DNA of 64,000 nt from a virus. This document shows positions 1 through 10,390 of this stretch, one piece after another (position 1 is the stretch's first letter; each line of letters starts with the position of its first letter). The position numbers and the translations under genes were made by a program. The DNA is taken from positions 1 to 64,000 of IMG/VR virus record IMGVR_UViG_3300009488_000018. One strand, given 5' to 3'. The notes beneath the pieces are model-generated. The model was not told where the DNA came from and did not search any database. It was given only the letters and a program-made list of their open reading frames with translations.

Positions 1-1
1 C

Positions 2-1537
2 GGATCTCTAATTACCAGCAAATCAACTACTTGGCAAGGTGGTCTAGTTTACCTTGAGACCAGTGGCAAAGTAGAAGGCGTGACAGTCAATGGAGGCTCA
101 ACTCTGCCTGATCGTACTGCAGGTATATTTGCCGCTGCTATAACTGAATCTGTTAGCCTAGAGGTAACCGGTTGTAGTGTAGAAGTCTATACTAGGGCAG
201 GAATATATGCTCTTGGTGAAACAATGACAGCTAATTATCACCACAATGTAATTAACGGACCAGGTGATGCATCAGCAGGAGTTCCCAATGGCATATTCTT
301 CCTTAGAGGTGTGAATGGTTCGGCTACTTACAATACTGTAACAGACTTATCATATACTGGAGAAACATATCGGAGTACGGGTATAGGAACCTATAATGCC
401 GGAGCTAACATCACGTTTGCTTATAATACCATCTCTAATGTCCAGAATGCCTTTGCCCTGGCTAAAAATACCAGCGGTACGGTGGTTGAGCATAATGAAG
501 CGTACAACTGTCATACTGGTGTCAAGATGGAGTCAGGTGCTGCCAACAGCGTTATTCAGTACAATGACCTACATGACAATGATTTTGCCATACGCTGCGG
601 TTCTGCAATGGGTGGTGGTAATGTAGTTCATTACAATAACTTTGTGAACAATCCAGGTCTTGAATGGACTAGTGGAGACGAGACGTATGTGGGAGCTGTC
701 TGTAACGTTCATACGACCTATATACTTGATGCCGAGAACAACTGGTGGGGTGACGCCTCTGGCCCATTTGATGATATTGGGGATGTAATGGTTCCACCTT
801 GCGGTGGTGTCTATGTTAATGACATGTGGACATCTGGCACAGGTGATAGCGTAAGTAATAATGTAGACTACTGTCCTTGGTTGGAAGAACTTTACAGCAC
901 ACCAGTTGCGAATGCTGGATTAGACCAAAATGTGGATGAAGGTGTCACGGTTACCCTTGATGGGTCCGATTCAAAGGATGCGGATGGTGAGATTGTTTCT
1001 TATCTGTGGGGGCAGACGAGTGGAATCTCAATGACCCTTTCTGATATCAATGCAGTTCAACCAACTTTCACCTCTCCAGATGTTGGACCAGATGGTGAGT
1101 CATTTACCTTCCAACTAACAGTTACAGATAATGAGGGACTGGAAGATACGGATACTTGTATCGTCAATGTAACTTGGGATAACAATCCTCCCATCGCAGA
1201 TGCAGGAGTTGATCAAACAGTGGTGGGTGAGGGTGTCACGGTTACCCTTGATGGGTCCGATTCAAAGGATGCGGATGGTGAGATTCAAGGTTATCTCTGG
1301 ACTCAGACCGTTGGGCCCCCGGTAACCCTGTCAGATGCCTCCGCTGTTCAGCCCACTTTTGTGACTCCAATTGTTGCTCCTAGCGGTACACGCCTGGAGT
1401 TTCTACTTCTTGTGATCGACGATGGTGGCCTACAATCTACTGATATCTGTATCGTTAATGTAGAACCGGAGCCTGAACCAGCGCCACTACGAGGTGATGA
1501 TAACGGTCCTTGCTTTATAGGTACAACATCCGAATAG
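2..1537 (+). CDS. Surface/secreted protein, 5'-partial: right-handed beta-helix region, two PKD-like Ig domains, C-terminal GPCFIGT tail
   Basis: Frame is open from base 2. Asn-rich parallel beta-helix repeats, 'AENNWWG' motif, two 'PVANAGxDQ..VTLDGSDSKDADG..Y.W.Q' PKD repeats. Confidence 0.75.
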   Translation, partial: GSLITSKSTTWQGGLVYLETSGKVEGVTVNGGSTLPDRTAGIFAAAITESVSLEVTGCSVEVYTRAGIYALGETMTANYHHNVINGPGDASAGVPNGIFFLRGVNGSATYNTVTDLSYTGETYRSTGIGTYNAGANITFAYNTISNVQNAFALAKNTSGTVVEHNEAYNCHTGVKMESGAANSVIQYNDLHDNDFAIRCGSAMGGGNVVHYNNFVNNPGLEWTSGDETYVGAVCNVHTTYILDAENNWWGDASGPFDDIGDVMVPPCGGVYVNDMWTSGTGDSVSNNVDYCPWLEELYSTPVANAGLDQNVDEGVTVTLDGSDSKDADGEIVSYLWGQTSGISMTLSDINAVQPTFTSPDVGPDGESFTFQLTVTDNEGLEDTDTCIVNVTWDNNPPIADAGVDQTVVGEGVTVTLDGSDSKDADGEIQGYLWTQTVGPPVTLSDASAVQPTFVTPIVAPSGTRLEFLLLVIDDGGLQSTDICIVNVEPEPEPAPLRGDDNGPCFIGTTSE

Positions 1538-1559
1538 TCTCACCTATTGTGAGGTGCCC

Positions 1560-1600
1560 GAGGTTGGAAGACTGTCCAAACAGATGGTCTTCCAGCCTTA
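1560..1600 (+). terminator. Stem-loop after the PKD gene (probable terminator or stabilising hairpin)
   Basis: gaggttggaagactgtc / gatggtcttccagcctt inverted repeat with G-U pairs. Confidence 0.5.
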
Positions 1601-1878
1601 GTGAATTAGCTACTCTACCCCGACTAATGGCGGTGGTGTTGATCTCGCAATCATTGATGATTTGAAAGTTCAGCTGAGGGACGAGAAACAAACAACCAAA
1701 AGCTCGGGCGGTTAAACTTTCCGATTCTCAGTGACTTAACCGAATAAACGGAGGAGAGGCCAAGGACTTGTCTTTCTTCTAAAAAAGAGGAGGTGAAATA
1801 AATAAGAACAAGTTAAAGTCCATTTTTGTTTAAGATTTAGTTACAACTAACAGATAATGTTAAGAAGGAGAAAAGATT

Positions 1879-2955
1879 ATGAAAAAGTTATTTACATTAC
1901 TTTTTGCGTTAACGTTAATCTTTACGTTTACCGGGATGGCCCTGGCAAATGATCTTAATGATCATCCTGATGGTGATGGTGCGGTCATTAGTACTGGATC
2001 GTTTAATATCGGAGCTGGATCATTTGGTGCTGGATGTGATATTGATTGGAAAAAGATTCCCAATGGTGGAGCGTTTGGTATCAGCGGAGCCGGTGGACTT
2101 GCCGGAGCCAGTGCTTATGGCTATATAGACGGTGGAACTACTTCGGGTGATGTTTACACTATCGGTGGTGGCCTCTCTGGAACGGATGCCTATCGTTGGA
2201 CACCAAAAGATCAAGATGAAAATCCTCTTGGTGATAAGAGAATTGGTGTTGGAAGTCACAGCGAAAATGAAGCCATTACTGGTGCTGGTGCTGGAATCGG
2301 AGTTGATCCCAATGGTTTTGGTAATGCCGCAACTCAAATATGTGGTGCCGCTACTCAGGGTACTCTGAATGCTTCCTATGTCACCGAATCTCCTCGGTAT
2401 TTTGACACTGAGGGATTTTCCGGTGGTATTGCGGGTCAGGGTTCTATCGGTTGTTTCCATGGCGAGGGCAGTATCAATACAGGCTCTACCCCTTTAGGGG
2501 TTGAAATAGATGCCGAAATTGCCATGGATGGTTACTCATACTCCGAATCATATCGGTTTGTAGGCTGGCATAATGGGTATAAAACCGAAGGTATGGGTAC
2601 ATATGTTGGTGCTGGAACCGACATCGAATCTTACGGATACGGCGTCGGATACGTCGTTAATGGTTACGAACCTAATGGCAATCCTGGCCCACCTGGCCCA
2701 CCTGCCTATAGTAATGTTGATGGCGGATGGACTGCTGGTGGTTTTGCTGCAACGGCGACTGTACAGAACGCCCCAGGTATAGGTGGAGCAGGAGCTTATG
2801 CAGTTGGATCCTATAGTGGGTCAGGTCCTTTGAACACCAACTACACTGGAAGTGCTAATGGTTACAGTGCTACATCTGTTACTACTGCCAAAAACATGAA
2901 CGGAAGTATCAATACTGCCAGTGCAGGTATGAGTGTGACCAGCACGGTTCACTAA
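1879..2955 (+). CDS. Secreted Gly/Ser-rich protein of unknown function
   Basis: AGGAG RBS; signal peptide MKKLFTLLFALTLIFTFTGMALA. Confidence 0.75.
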   Translation: MKKLFTLLFALTLIFTFTGMALANDLNDHPDGDGAVISTGSFNIGAGSFGAGCDIDWKKIPNGGAFGISGAGGLAGASAYGYIDGGTTSGDVYTIGGGLSGTDAYRWTPKDQDENPLGDKRIGVGSHSENEAITGAGAGIGVDPNGFGNAATQICGAATQGTLNASYVTESPRYFDTEGFSGGIAGQGSIGCFHGEGSINTGSTPLGVEIDAEIAMDGYSYSESYRFVGWHNGYKTEGMGTYVGAGTDIESYGYGVGYVVNGYEPNGNPGPPGPPAYSNVDGGWTAGGFAATATVQNAPGIGGAGAYAVGSYSGSGPLNTNYTGSANGYSATSVTTAKNMNGSINTASAGMSVTSTVH

Positions 2956-3065
2956 GACAATCTTAACCTGGTGGGGACTGTTTTCTATGATCAGTCTCAA
3001 ACCTTAAAATGTTAACAACTTGAAAGGAACATAGTTACTAACTTAAGATTTAAGGAGAAAAAGTT

Positions 3066-3776
3066 ATGAGAAAGTTAATCATAAGTCTTTCAATAATTGC
3101 GTTATTGTTTGTGTTCACCATGCCAGCGATGGCTTTTCTTGACTATATAGACGATGACAGTATTACGGCTGAGGCTAATGTTGAGGCTGTCGCTGTTGTA
3201 AACCAAATTGGTGCTCCTATTCCAAGAGCTTTTCCAATGGCCCCGGAATATCACTATCCTGGTCTAATCGGTTACTCTGGCCCAGCCATGGCGTCTTCAA
3301 ACTTCCGGAGTATGAAACAGATCGTTCTGTATTCCAACGTTTGGAAGCTTAAAGACCTCCAGAATATCCTCATCAAGGATAAACTGGTAAAGAAGCATGA
3401 GTTGATCACGGATAAGAAGGTCCTGGCCAAGACTATCCGAGTCATCGTTTCTAATGGGAAAGCTGAAAACGCTGCTGTTATTGGTTTCGGAACCAGCAAG
3501 TCAGAAAACGGTGCCAACTCGGTTGGTGTGTTTGCGATGGCCTGTGTTCGAGCAGCCAAAATGGGTGCTAATGCTATCCACATGAATGCTGAAGGTGTAA
3601 ATCGAGAGTTGAAGTCCTTCGGGTGGGGTATTGGTCTCGCAATGACTCGTGCATCGATTAACCATGATGAAACTGCCGGAAGTGTTGCTGGTGGCGGTAC
3701 TGGTATCGCTGGTGCCAAAGCTACTGTTAAGGATAATCCCTGGTTACAGTGGACAGCACTTAAGGTAGGCAAGTAA
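3066..3776 (+). CDS. Secreted protein of unknown function
   Basis: AAGGAG RBS; signal peptide ending AMA. Confidence 0.75.
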   Translation: MRKLIISLSIIALLFVFTMPAMAFLDYIDDDSITAEANVEAVAVVNQIGAPIPRAFPMAPEYHYPGLIGYSGPAMASSNFRSMKQIVLYSNVWKLKDLQNILIKDKLVKKHELITDKKVLAKTIRVIVSNGKAENAAVIGFGTSKSENGANSVGVFAMACVRAAKMGANAIHMNAEGVNRELKSFGWGIGLAMTRASINHDETAGSVAGGGTGIAGAKATVKDNPWLQWTALKVGK

Positions 3777-3808
3777 ATTATACCGGTTCGTGCCTCGGTA
3801 TAATGGCG

Positions 3809-3850
3809 AGTGGTAGAGGGGACTTAGAATCTCCTCTACCATTTTTTTGT
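3809..3850 (+). terminator. Rho-independent terminator at a convergent junction
   Basis: tggtagagggga / tctcctctacca stem followed by a T-run. Confidence 0.75.
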
Positions 3851-4696
3851 TTATTTTTTTGTTAGTCTTACTACTTTAAGTTTTCGTCTTATCTTAGCTA
3901 CTGTCTTTTTATGTTCTGGTTTTCCCCACAATTCTTTTAATTTTGCATAAGCAGTATAGAATAGGGCTAATCCAAGATTATATAAAGACTTTCCCATCCA
4001 AGGAACTGACAGACCAAAAACAGTTCCAACTCCAAACAATGTTATTAACATAAGTCCTTCTGGACTTACAAATAAACTTTCAATTGTAAAAACACCTTTG
4101 AGAGCTAATACAATAGTTTCAAAATTAAAGTCATATTCAAGGTCTCCAATGAAAGTCATATGTAACCACATATAAAGAATTAACCCTGCTAAGACAATAC
4201 CAGTAATTTTCTTTAATAGAGGATAACGATTTAGTACTTCATCTACTTTCATAGCGCCTCTTCTCACTTTTTCAAATATCTTTAATCTAAAGATTTCTCT
4301 GAAAATTTCAAACAAACCATTTCTGATAAATCCAGATAGTTCATTAAGAGCTCTGAAAATCAATCTGAGATTAAACGCAAAAGCTTTTAGTAAACCAAAT
4401 ATATCTCTTTGTTTGAACGACGCAACGATAGTAGACGTATTGATTTTAAATTCCTTAGATATCTTTATAAGACTTGTTTTTAGTTCTGAGAAAACTCGGA
4501 CGAGTTCTCTGGAAAGTCTGAGTTTCTTAATCTGGTCCCAAAGACCTTCTGATAAATGTTCTAGAAAAAACTCTTCTGATAACTTGTTAGACATAACTAA
4601 ATCTAATGCTTCACAATACATTTCATAATCAACAAAGGAGTAGTCCTCTACAATTCTATCGTATTCTAGTAATATTAGATAGTCTTGAAGGTTCAT
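3851..4696 (-). CDS. Hypothetical membrane protein
   Basis: Long ORF, GGAG RBS before MNLQDY, 2-3 hydrophobic segments in the C-terminal half. Confidence 0.7.
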   Translation of the reverse strand: MNLQDYLILLEYDRIVEDYSFVDYEMYCEALDLVMSNKLSEEFFLEHLSEGLWDQIKKLRLSRELVRVFSELKTSLIKISKEFKINTSTIVASFKQRDIFGLLKAFAFNLRLIFRALNELSGFIRNGLFEIFREIFRLKIFEKVRRGAMKVDEVLNRYPLLKKITGIVLAGLILYMWLHMTFIGDLEYDFNFETIVLALKGVFTIESLFVSPEGLMLITLFGVGTVFGLSVPWMGKSLYNLGLALFYTAYAKLKELWGKPEHKKTVAKIRRKLKVVRLTKK

Positions 4697-4737
4697 TACT
4701 TCTCCTATAATGACGTCCTTTACAGAACTGTATATTA

Positions 4738-6651
4738 TTACTCCCACACATCTCTTTCTGATAACACTGCATATGTTACTCCACCTTTTCTTACTCTTAA
4801 ACTTGTTGCAAGGATGTGACTTAAATTTGAAGATAAGGGAATATATCTTACCGCACCAACATAAGCATTAAGATAATTGGCTATACCATTTGAATTAGGA
4901 TAAATTTTCATATTCTGTACTGAAAAAACAGTTGTCACAACAAAATCATCCCAATAAACATATGCATCATCTGGACTCTCGTAAACATAACACTCTAAAT
5001 CTACTCCACCGGAAGGCCCCATACTCTTAGAACTTCTCTCTGTCCATTCAGTACCATTTGTTGATGAATAAACTTTTGCTGTGCCATCTGTTAATGTCAT
5101 TCTTAACCAAAAAGGGGTAGATGGTATCGTTGTACTTCCACCAGTCCACTCTAATACCCAGCTTAAACCACCATTAAAACTTACAGCCCCAATATAGAAA
5201 GAAGTAATCCCATCCCTGTACATTAAATCACATGACAAAAGAAATCCGCCTGATCCTCCATAGTCAACAAGTTTTGCGCTTACATCAAAATTACCTACTA
5301 TTGACTGAGATACAGCTGCTTGTGCATCTCCATCAGCGGTCAATTCCAACCTATTATTTTGTTCATTTATAGTATAAACGCCATAACTGTTACCTGTCGT
5401 CCACCAAGCGCCTAACGAATTATCGTCGAAATTATCAGAAGTTAGATCTGGATTAGTACTACCTTTACAATGCAGTTCTTCTGTTATAGGATCGTTAGTA
5501 AATCCTTCATACCAAGTAAAATATACAGAATACTTTTTACCAGATCCAGATATATTTACAGCTAGATTTTCTGGAGTACCATAGTTATTTTCATTGTCTC
5601 CTCTGAATGAACCTGTATCAGAATCATAATAAAGAGAAACAGTAGCCTGAACTACTATACCAACATAATAATTACCAGCTGTTACTTCTGGGGATGTACC
5701 AAATGTTCCCGTTTTAAATTCTTTGACCGTGTCAACTAATACAGCAGGAGTAATAGCATTACTTACTATAACACCAGGTATTGCATCCGTCCATATAACT
5801 CCTTTAATATTAGTTGAACCAGCAGCTACATTACAACAGGCAGATAAAGATGTGATACTCTTAGGGTCAGTTATATCTCCTAGTATAACAACTTTCGTAG
5901 CATAAGCATAGTCAGCTGGCATTGATGTACTTAAACTTCCACAGGTATCGTAACCGAAAATAGGATCAACCGTTATAGGATAAATAGCAGTATTAAGAAA
6001 ATCTTGTGGTATACTTATAGTTAATACAAGTTGCTGACCTCTTCCAAATCTTTTCTCATCTATATTTAATTCACACCACACTCTTTTGTTTTCTGAGTCA
6101 ATTGCATAAGGTCTATAGATATGTGCTATTTTACCTGTCTTGTAATTCTTCCCACCTATTCTTGAATAGTTATCTTTCTTCGTTTTATGATATACCGCAT
6201 AAGAACCTATTACATTTTCTGGTGCAAAGCATCCTTCATCTATTTCTTCCTGTGTTAGTGGAGGCTGGTAGAAAAAATCCAATTCTTTACTTTCAATAGT
6301 ATATTCAAGAATATTACTGTCAGGCTTCTCGTATAAAATAGTTTCGAGTTCAAATCCCCCTTCCTCTGTGCAACAAATCTCACCACCTTCTGTTGGAGAA
6401 ACAGGTAAATCATATAGATTGACTTCTAATTTCTTATTCTTTGAACTCCAGCAAATTTTATCATTTATTATTTTATGAGAACCCCCTTCAATATCCTCCT
6501 TTAGACGAATAGAAAAATTACATTCATTGTCCCAACGAAGAAATTTTACCTGTGGATAAAAATTACTTTGTTTAACATCACCTATCTCAACCACATTAGA
6601 GGTCTTTCTTTCTACTCTATATGAAGTATCATTTAGTTCTATAAAAGACAT
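4738..6651 (-). CDS. Virion/tail-associated protein with beta-rich, lectin-like C-terminal domain
   Basis: 637-aa ORF in the tail-fibre cluster; beta-sandwich-like segment from 'SDNFDDNSL..WW' to 'VYWDDFVV'. Confidence 0.55.
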   Translation of the reverse strand: MSFIELNDTSYRVERKTSNVVEIGDVKQSNFYPQVKFLRWDNECNFSIRLKEDIEGGSHKIINDKICWSSKNKKLEVNLYDLPVSPTEGGEICCTEEGGFELETILYEKPDSNILEYTIESKELDFFYQPPLTQEEIDEGCFAPENVIGSYAVYHKTKKDNYSRIGGKNYKTGKIAHIYRPYAIDSENKRVWCELNIDEKRFGRGQQLVLTISIPQDFLNTAIYPITVDPIFGYDTCGSLSTSMPADYAYATKVVILGDITDPKSITSLSACCNVAAGSTNIKGVIWTDAIPGVIVSNAITPAVLVDTVKEFKTGTFGTSPEVTAGNYYVGIVVQATVSLYYDSDTGSFRGDNENNYGTPENLAVNISGSGKKYSVYFTWYEGFTNDPITEELHCKGSTNPDLTSDNFDDNSLGAWWTTGNSYGVYTINEQNNRLELTADGDAQAAVSQSIVGNFDVSAKLVDYGGSGGFLLSCDLMYRDGITSFYIGAVSFNGGLSWVLEWTGGSTTIPSTPFWLRMTLTDGTAKVYSSTNGTEWTERSSKSMGPSGGVDLECYVYESPDDAYVYWDDFVVTTVFSVQNMKIYPNSNGIANYLNAYVGAVRYIPLSSNLSHILATSLRVRKGGVTYAVLSERDVWE

Positions 6652-6662
6652 ATCTTATCTCT

Positions 6663-6908
6663 TTATGCAATCCATATACAACCGTTAACTAAATCTGTGG
6701 GTTCGTTTAATGGAATGACTATCTTTTCAGGACATGTGAGACTTGATGTTGTTGGCAGTACAACGTCGTCGGTGTCCGATACAGTTATACCAGTACCCTG
6801 CACTCCCTTTGCTCCATCACTACCTCTAACAATTGTATGGTCAGCTATATTTTCAGGAGCGGAAACACCACCACCAGCAGCTTCTTCTGGTTTTGTTCGT
6901 TCTGCCAT
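6663..6908 (-). CDS. Small virion protein; N-terminus (MAERTKP) paralogous to the 6990-8513 product
   Basis: GAGG RBS; shared N-terminus. Confidence 0.6.
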   Translation of the reverse strand: MAERTKPEEAAGGGVSAPENIADHTIVRGSDGAKGVQGTGITVSDTDDVVLPTTSSLTCPEKIVIPLNEPTDLVNGCIWIA

Positions 6909-6989
6909 TTATTTACCTCTAGGTTTTTAGAATGGTCGATCTTGTAAAGTTAAGATTTCACATTCAATTATCCCATTTCCGTTAAATTA

Positions 6990-8513
6990 TTAATCTTCTT
7001 CATAACCACCCGCTTCTGAGCCCCCAACACTGAATATAAGCCCATCAGAAACTGTAACTTTAAAATTTACACCATCATCAAAATAACCTTCCCAATTTCC
7101 ACTAGCTAACTTAGTTAGCCCAGCTTTTATTGAAGATGCTGAAACTTCAAAAGTACCAAGCCTGTCAAGGTAATCATCATGATCCTTTTGATGTTTCTTA
7201 TTATAAGCATCCAATAATCCCCCAAGAGGAATACTCCAAAGATTGGAAGGGTTACCTAATGCTACTTTGAGTTCGTCCCGCCTAAATATGTAGAAAGTAT
7301 TTGTTTGATGACTAAGAATCATAAAACCAGCTAATGAATTACCAGCAATAGCAGAAAAAGTACTTTGTCCAACAGCATCGCTACTCTCTGCTCTCAAACG
7401 CACCCAGCTCCTACCAGAATCTGCGGAATACCAAACTCTACCAGTAGAAGCAGTATATCTACCTATAGCTAAAAATATCTCTTTGGTGTAGGCCCAAATC
7501 GCGACGTCACCCACTCCAGTACCAACCATAAAATCTCGTTTAGTCCAGGTTGCTCCCCCATTCTCAGTAACAGAAACAAACGTATCGTTCCCACCAGAAG
7601 AATCGACATAAATTATAACCATATTGTCGGCATCAACAACAGACAAATCGGACAACCCGTATGTACCACCAGTATCAATATCAACTTTCGTCCAACTAGT
7701 ACCTCCATCAAGAGTCTTATGAAAGTGTAGATTGCTTGCTTCAGAGACTGTAACATAAATTAAATCAACACTAATAATCTCGCATCTCACAGCTTGGGGA
7801 GAAGTATATGCTGTTGCATAGACCTTAACTGGGGATGACCAATTCGCACCACTATTGACTGACTTTGTAAGATAGAGACAATCATCGACCCCACTTATGA
7901 AAAATACGTAGATTGTGGTCCCATCCAATGAACAAATGTCAGCACACCTGACATGAATATTACTAGAGACCTCTTTCAGACCAGCCCAGTCAACCCCAGC
8001 ATTAACAGACTTCTTGAAATAGAGCTTGTCACTATCTTTTCCAAAAATGACTAGAATGTTATTAACATCTATAGTCTCAAGCCTGATTGTATCTTGAGCA
8101 GCCAGATCATGTATAAGAATTGCAGCTGGCCAATTTGCACCATTATCTACAGTCTTCCTCAAAGCAGGTTTTGTATCCCAATTAATATGAGCTACATAAA
8201 ACACATTATCATTAACGGCATTAACATCGGCTTGTTGAGGAGATGCACTACCTATGTTAGGGCCATATGTAGGCATAGGAGTAGGTATAAAATGCCCATC
8301 TAAGAGTAAAATATCTGTATTCTGGGCATGCTTCTTAGAGATTGAATCAAGATAGTTAGCCCTAGTTAAAGAACCACCACTTTTAAATCCCAAAGAAGTA
8401 TCCTTGACATTATTAATACTTTTGTTGTTCATATCAAGGTTAGAAGCAGCTGGATTTGTCATAACACCTGCAACAGCAGAAGCTGGTATTGCTGGTTTTG
8501 TCCGTACTGCCAT
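6990..8513 (-). CDS. BNR/Asp-box (sialidase-fold) beta-propeller protein, putative receptor-binding or tail protein
   Basis: Six or more S/T-x-D/N-x-G-x-T/N/S-W repeats (TVDNGANW, SVNAGVDW, SVNSGANW, TLDGGTSW, TENGGATW, SADSGRSW). Confidence 0.75.
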   Translation of the reverse strand: MAVRTKPAIPASAVAGVMTNPAASNLDMNNKSINNVKDTSLGFKSGGSLTRANYLDSISKKHAQNTDILLLDGHFIPTPMPTYGPNIGSASPQQADVNAVNDNVFYVAHINWDTKPALRKTVDNGANWPAAILIHDLAAQDTIRLETIDVNNILVIFGKDSDKLYFKKSVNAGVDWAGLKEVSSNIHVRCADICSLDGTTIYVFFISGVDDCLYLTKSVNSGANWSSPVKVYATAYTSPQAVRCEIISVDLIYVTVSEASNLHFHKTLDGGTSWTKVDIDTGGTYGLSDLSVVDADNMVIIYVDSSGGNDTFVSVTENGGATWTKRDFMVGTGVGDVAIWAYTKEIFLAIGRYTASTGRVWYSADSGRSWVRLRAESSDAVGQSTFSAIAGNSLAGFMILSHQTNTFYIFRRDELKVALGNPSNLWSIPLGGLLDAYNKKHQKDHDDYLDRLGTFEVSASSIKAGLTKLASGNWEGYFDDGVNFKVTVSDGLIFSVGGSEAGGYEED

Positions 8514-8532
8514 TTATTTGCCTCCAAATTTT

Positions 8533-8985
8533 TTAAAACGGTCGATCTTGTAAAGTAACATAAGTTAGAGAAAGTAATGTAGTTCCAGAAGCATTCTCAA
8601 GATACACATACAAACTATTAGTTACTGGAGTATCTCGGTTCTTAATAACAAAATCTTGAAAATTCTCATCTGAATGATCTAAGTTAATACTATCATAAGA
8701 TAAGACTTCATAAATCGTATTAAGTTTAGTAACATCATTTATATTGAGAATTCTCATATTAAAATCTGTTGAGCCGCCAGAAATCGAAAACACAAGTAAC
8801 TGTATAGCGTATGACTTTCCTCCAGTCGTTCTGAGATTTGGCATTTGTCGATATGAAGGTTCATCATTCGCAAGACCAGGAAGTTTAAGTTCTACTAAAG
8901 CAGTAGCATCCGTAATCTCCCACGTAGCAATGATATTTGGAGGCATCGAGTACGTAACTTCAGTACCTATCAATCTTGCAGACAT
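8533..8985 (-). CDS. Hypothetical virion protein
   Basis: ORF with GGAG RBS inside the structural operon. Confidence 0.65.
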   Translation of the reverse strand: MSARLIGTEVTYSMPPNIIATWEITDATALVELKLPGLANDEPSYRQMPNLRTTGGKSYAIQLLVFSISGGSTDFNMRILNINDVTKLNTIYEVLSYDSINLDHSDENFQDFVIKNRDTPVTNSLYVYLENASGTTLLSLTYVTLQDRPF

Positions 8986-9014
8986 TATTTAAGTCTCCTT
9001 TTAATGTTTGTTAA

Positions 9015-9326
9015 TTAATCACCAAATTCAGGTGTTTTTTCTCTTTGAGTTTCAACCCACTTAGCCAATTTCTCTTGAGTATCGTCTGCCCATTTAGAAA
9101 TTTTTGGATTCGACTTCTTCATCCAAACTTTTAGGTTTATTAGAGCTTTACTAATTTCTTCCCAACCCTTCTTTCTAATCAAACCTTGGAAATGACTCAA
9201 AGGAAGTTTCTCAACATCTCCTCCTTCTGGGACTTCTAATATTCCAGGATGTTTAACAGCAATCCTAACTTTCTGTTCAGTTTGATATAACCTGTCTAGA
9301 TAACCCGTAATTGGATTCTCTCTCAT
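9015..9326 (-). CDS. Hypothetical protein
   Basis: 103-aa ORF co-oriented with neighbours. Confidence 0.6.
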   Translation of the reverse strand: MRENPITGYLDRLYQTEQKVRIAVKHPGILEVPEGGDVEKLPLSHFQGLIRKKGWEEISKALINLKVWMKKSNPKISKWADDTQEKLAKWVETQREKTPEFGD

Positions 9327-9484
9327 TTCTTTCGTTGCTCCTAATGTTAAAGATCTGATCTAAAATTTCGACCCCTTAAGTTTATATTGAACTTAGAAAT
9401 CTAGTCTTTTTACCAGCTCTAACTAGTTATAATCATTGATACTTTTTTCTGGAAAATTCTAAAAAGTAACTTTCTCAAATCTTT

Positions 9485-9970
9485 TTATAAGTATAATTCC
9501 TCTAAATAGTCAATAGAAACATTCTGGTAGTTATGATTCCTATCTTTTAGCTTTAACCTTTTTAGATTCCCTCCTTCTCTATAAACTACATGAACCCAAC
9601 CATCTGGCGGGAACTCAAGGATTAAAGTCCGAAATTCAAGATTCTTATATATCCACTTAATTACATCTAACAAAGTAACTCCTTCTTCTAATGGTTCTAT
9701 ATCGGAAGCTTCTCCTCTACAATGATTACTATTTATACTTCCACCTATAGCTTTATTTAATTTTTTAGCTCTGAATCCACTAGTTATTCTAATTCGTCCA
9801 AAGTGGTTTCTAACTGGTTGCAGAACCATTACAGCAAGGAGCTCAATCTTTTCCCACTCTTCATCAGTAGGAATATTATTTATTCCAAGTCTTATAGCTG
9901 CGTCTGATTTAACAAATTCTTTATATTTAAAACTTGGTGCTCCAGGAATTCTTGCTTGTAAATCTCTCAT
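9485..9970 (-). CDS. Peptidase M15A family Zn-peptidase (endolysin candidate)
   Basis: RITSGFR..N..IGGS.NSNH.RGEASDI...WVHV motifs. Confidence 0.85.
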   Translation of the reverse strand: MRDLQARIPGAPSFKYKEFVKSDAAIRLGINNIPTDEEWEKIELLAVMVLQPVRNHFGRIRITSGFRAKKLNKAIGGSINSNHCRGEASDIEPLEEGVTLLDVIKWIYKNLEFRTLILEFPPDGWVHVVYREGGNLKRLKLKDRNHNYQNVSIDYLEELYL

Positions 9971-9971
9971 T

Positions 9972-10379
9972 CTATCCTCCCGTTCCTCCTCCAATTACCA
10001 TTCTTGTAACAAGATATATAATCACTGCTTGAACTATTAAAAAGCCCATACCAATAATTTTATTCATATACTTTTCTGTAAACGAAACTTTCTGTCCCAT
10101 CACAGCAGAATTAGTTTTCATATTTCCAATACTTGTTGTTAGTTCATGTTCTACTTCAAGTCTCTCCTTATGACAATCTTCATAATGTTGTCTCGAATCT
10201 TCCGTACATTTCTGTACATTATCCATCTTAATTTTTAACACGTCTATTTTACCTTTTAACTCCCCAATCTTATTATTACTATCGTCAGTTCTATCATAAA
10301 TATCTTTAATATCTTGCGGCACAGACTCAAGTTTACCTAATAGTATCAGTATCTGTTTGTATTCCTCATTGGCAGGCAT
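9972..10379 (-). CDS. Coiled-coil protein with C-terminal TM helix (holin-like candidate)
   Basis: Immediately upstream of the M15 peptidase; single C-terminal TM segment. Confidence 0.5.
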   Translation of the reverse strand: MPANEEYKQILILLGKLESVPQDIKDIYDRTDDSNNKIGELKGKIDVLKIKMDNVQKCTEDSRQHYEDCHKERLEVEHELTTSIGNMKTNSAVMGQKVSFTEKYMNKIIGMGFLIVQAVIIYLVTRMVIGGGTGG

Positions 10380-10390
10380 AAATTGTCTCC

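Noticed and set aside
1610-1790. Riboswitch (e.g. c-di-GMP) upstream of the secreted-protein genes
   Set aside because: The region is GC-richer and possibly structured, but I could not match the consensus of any known riboswitch.
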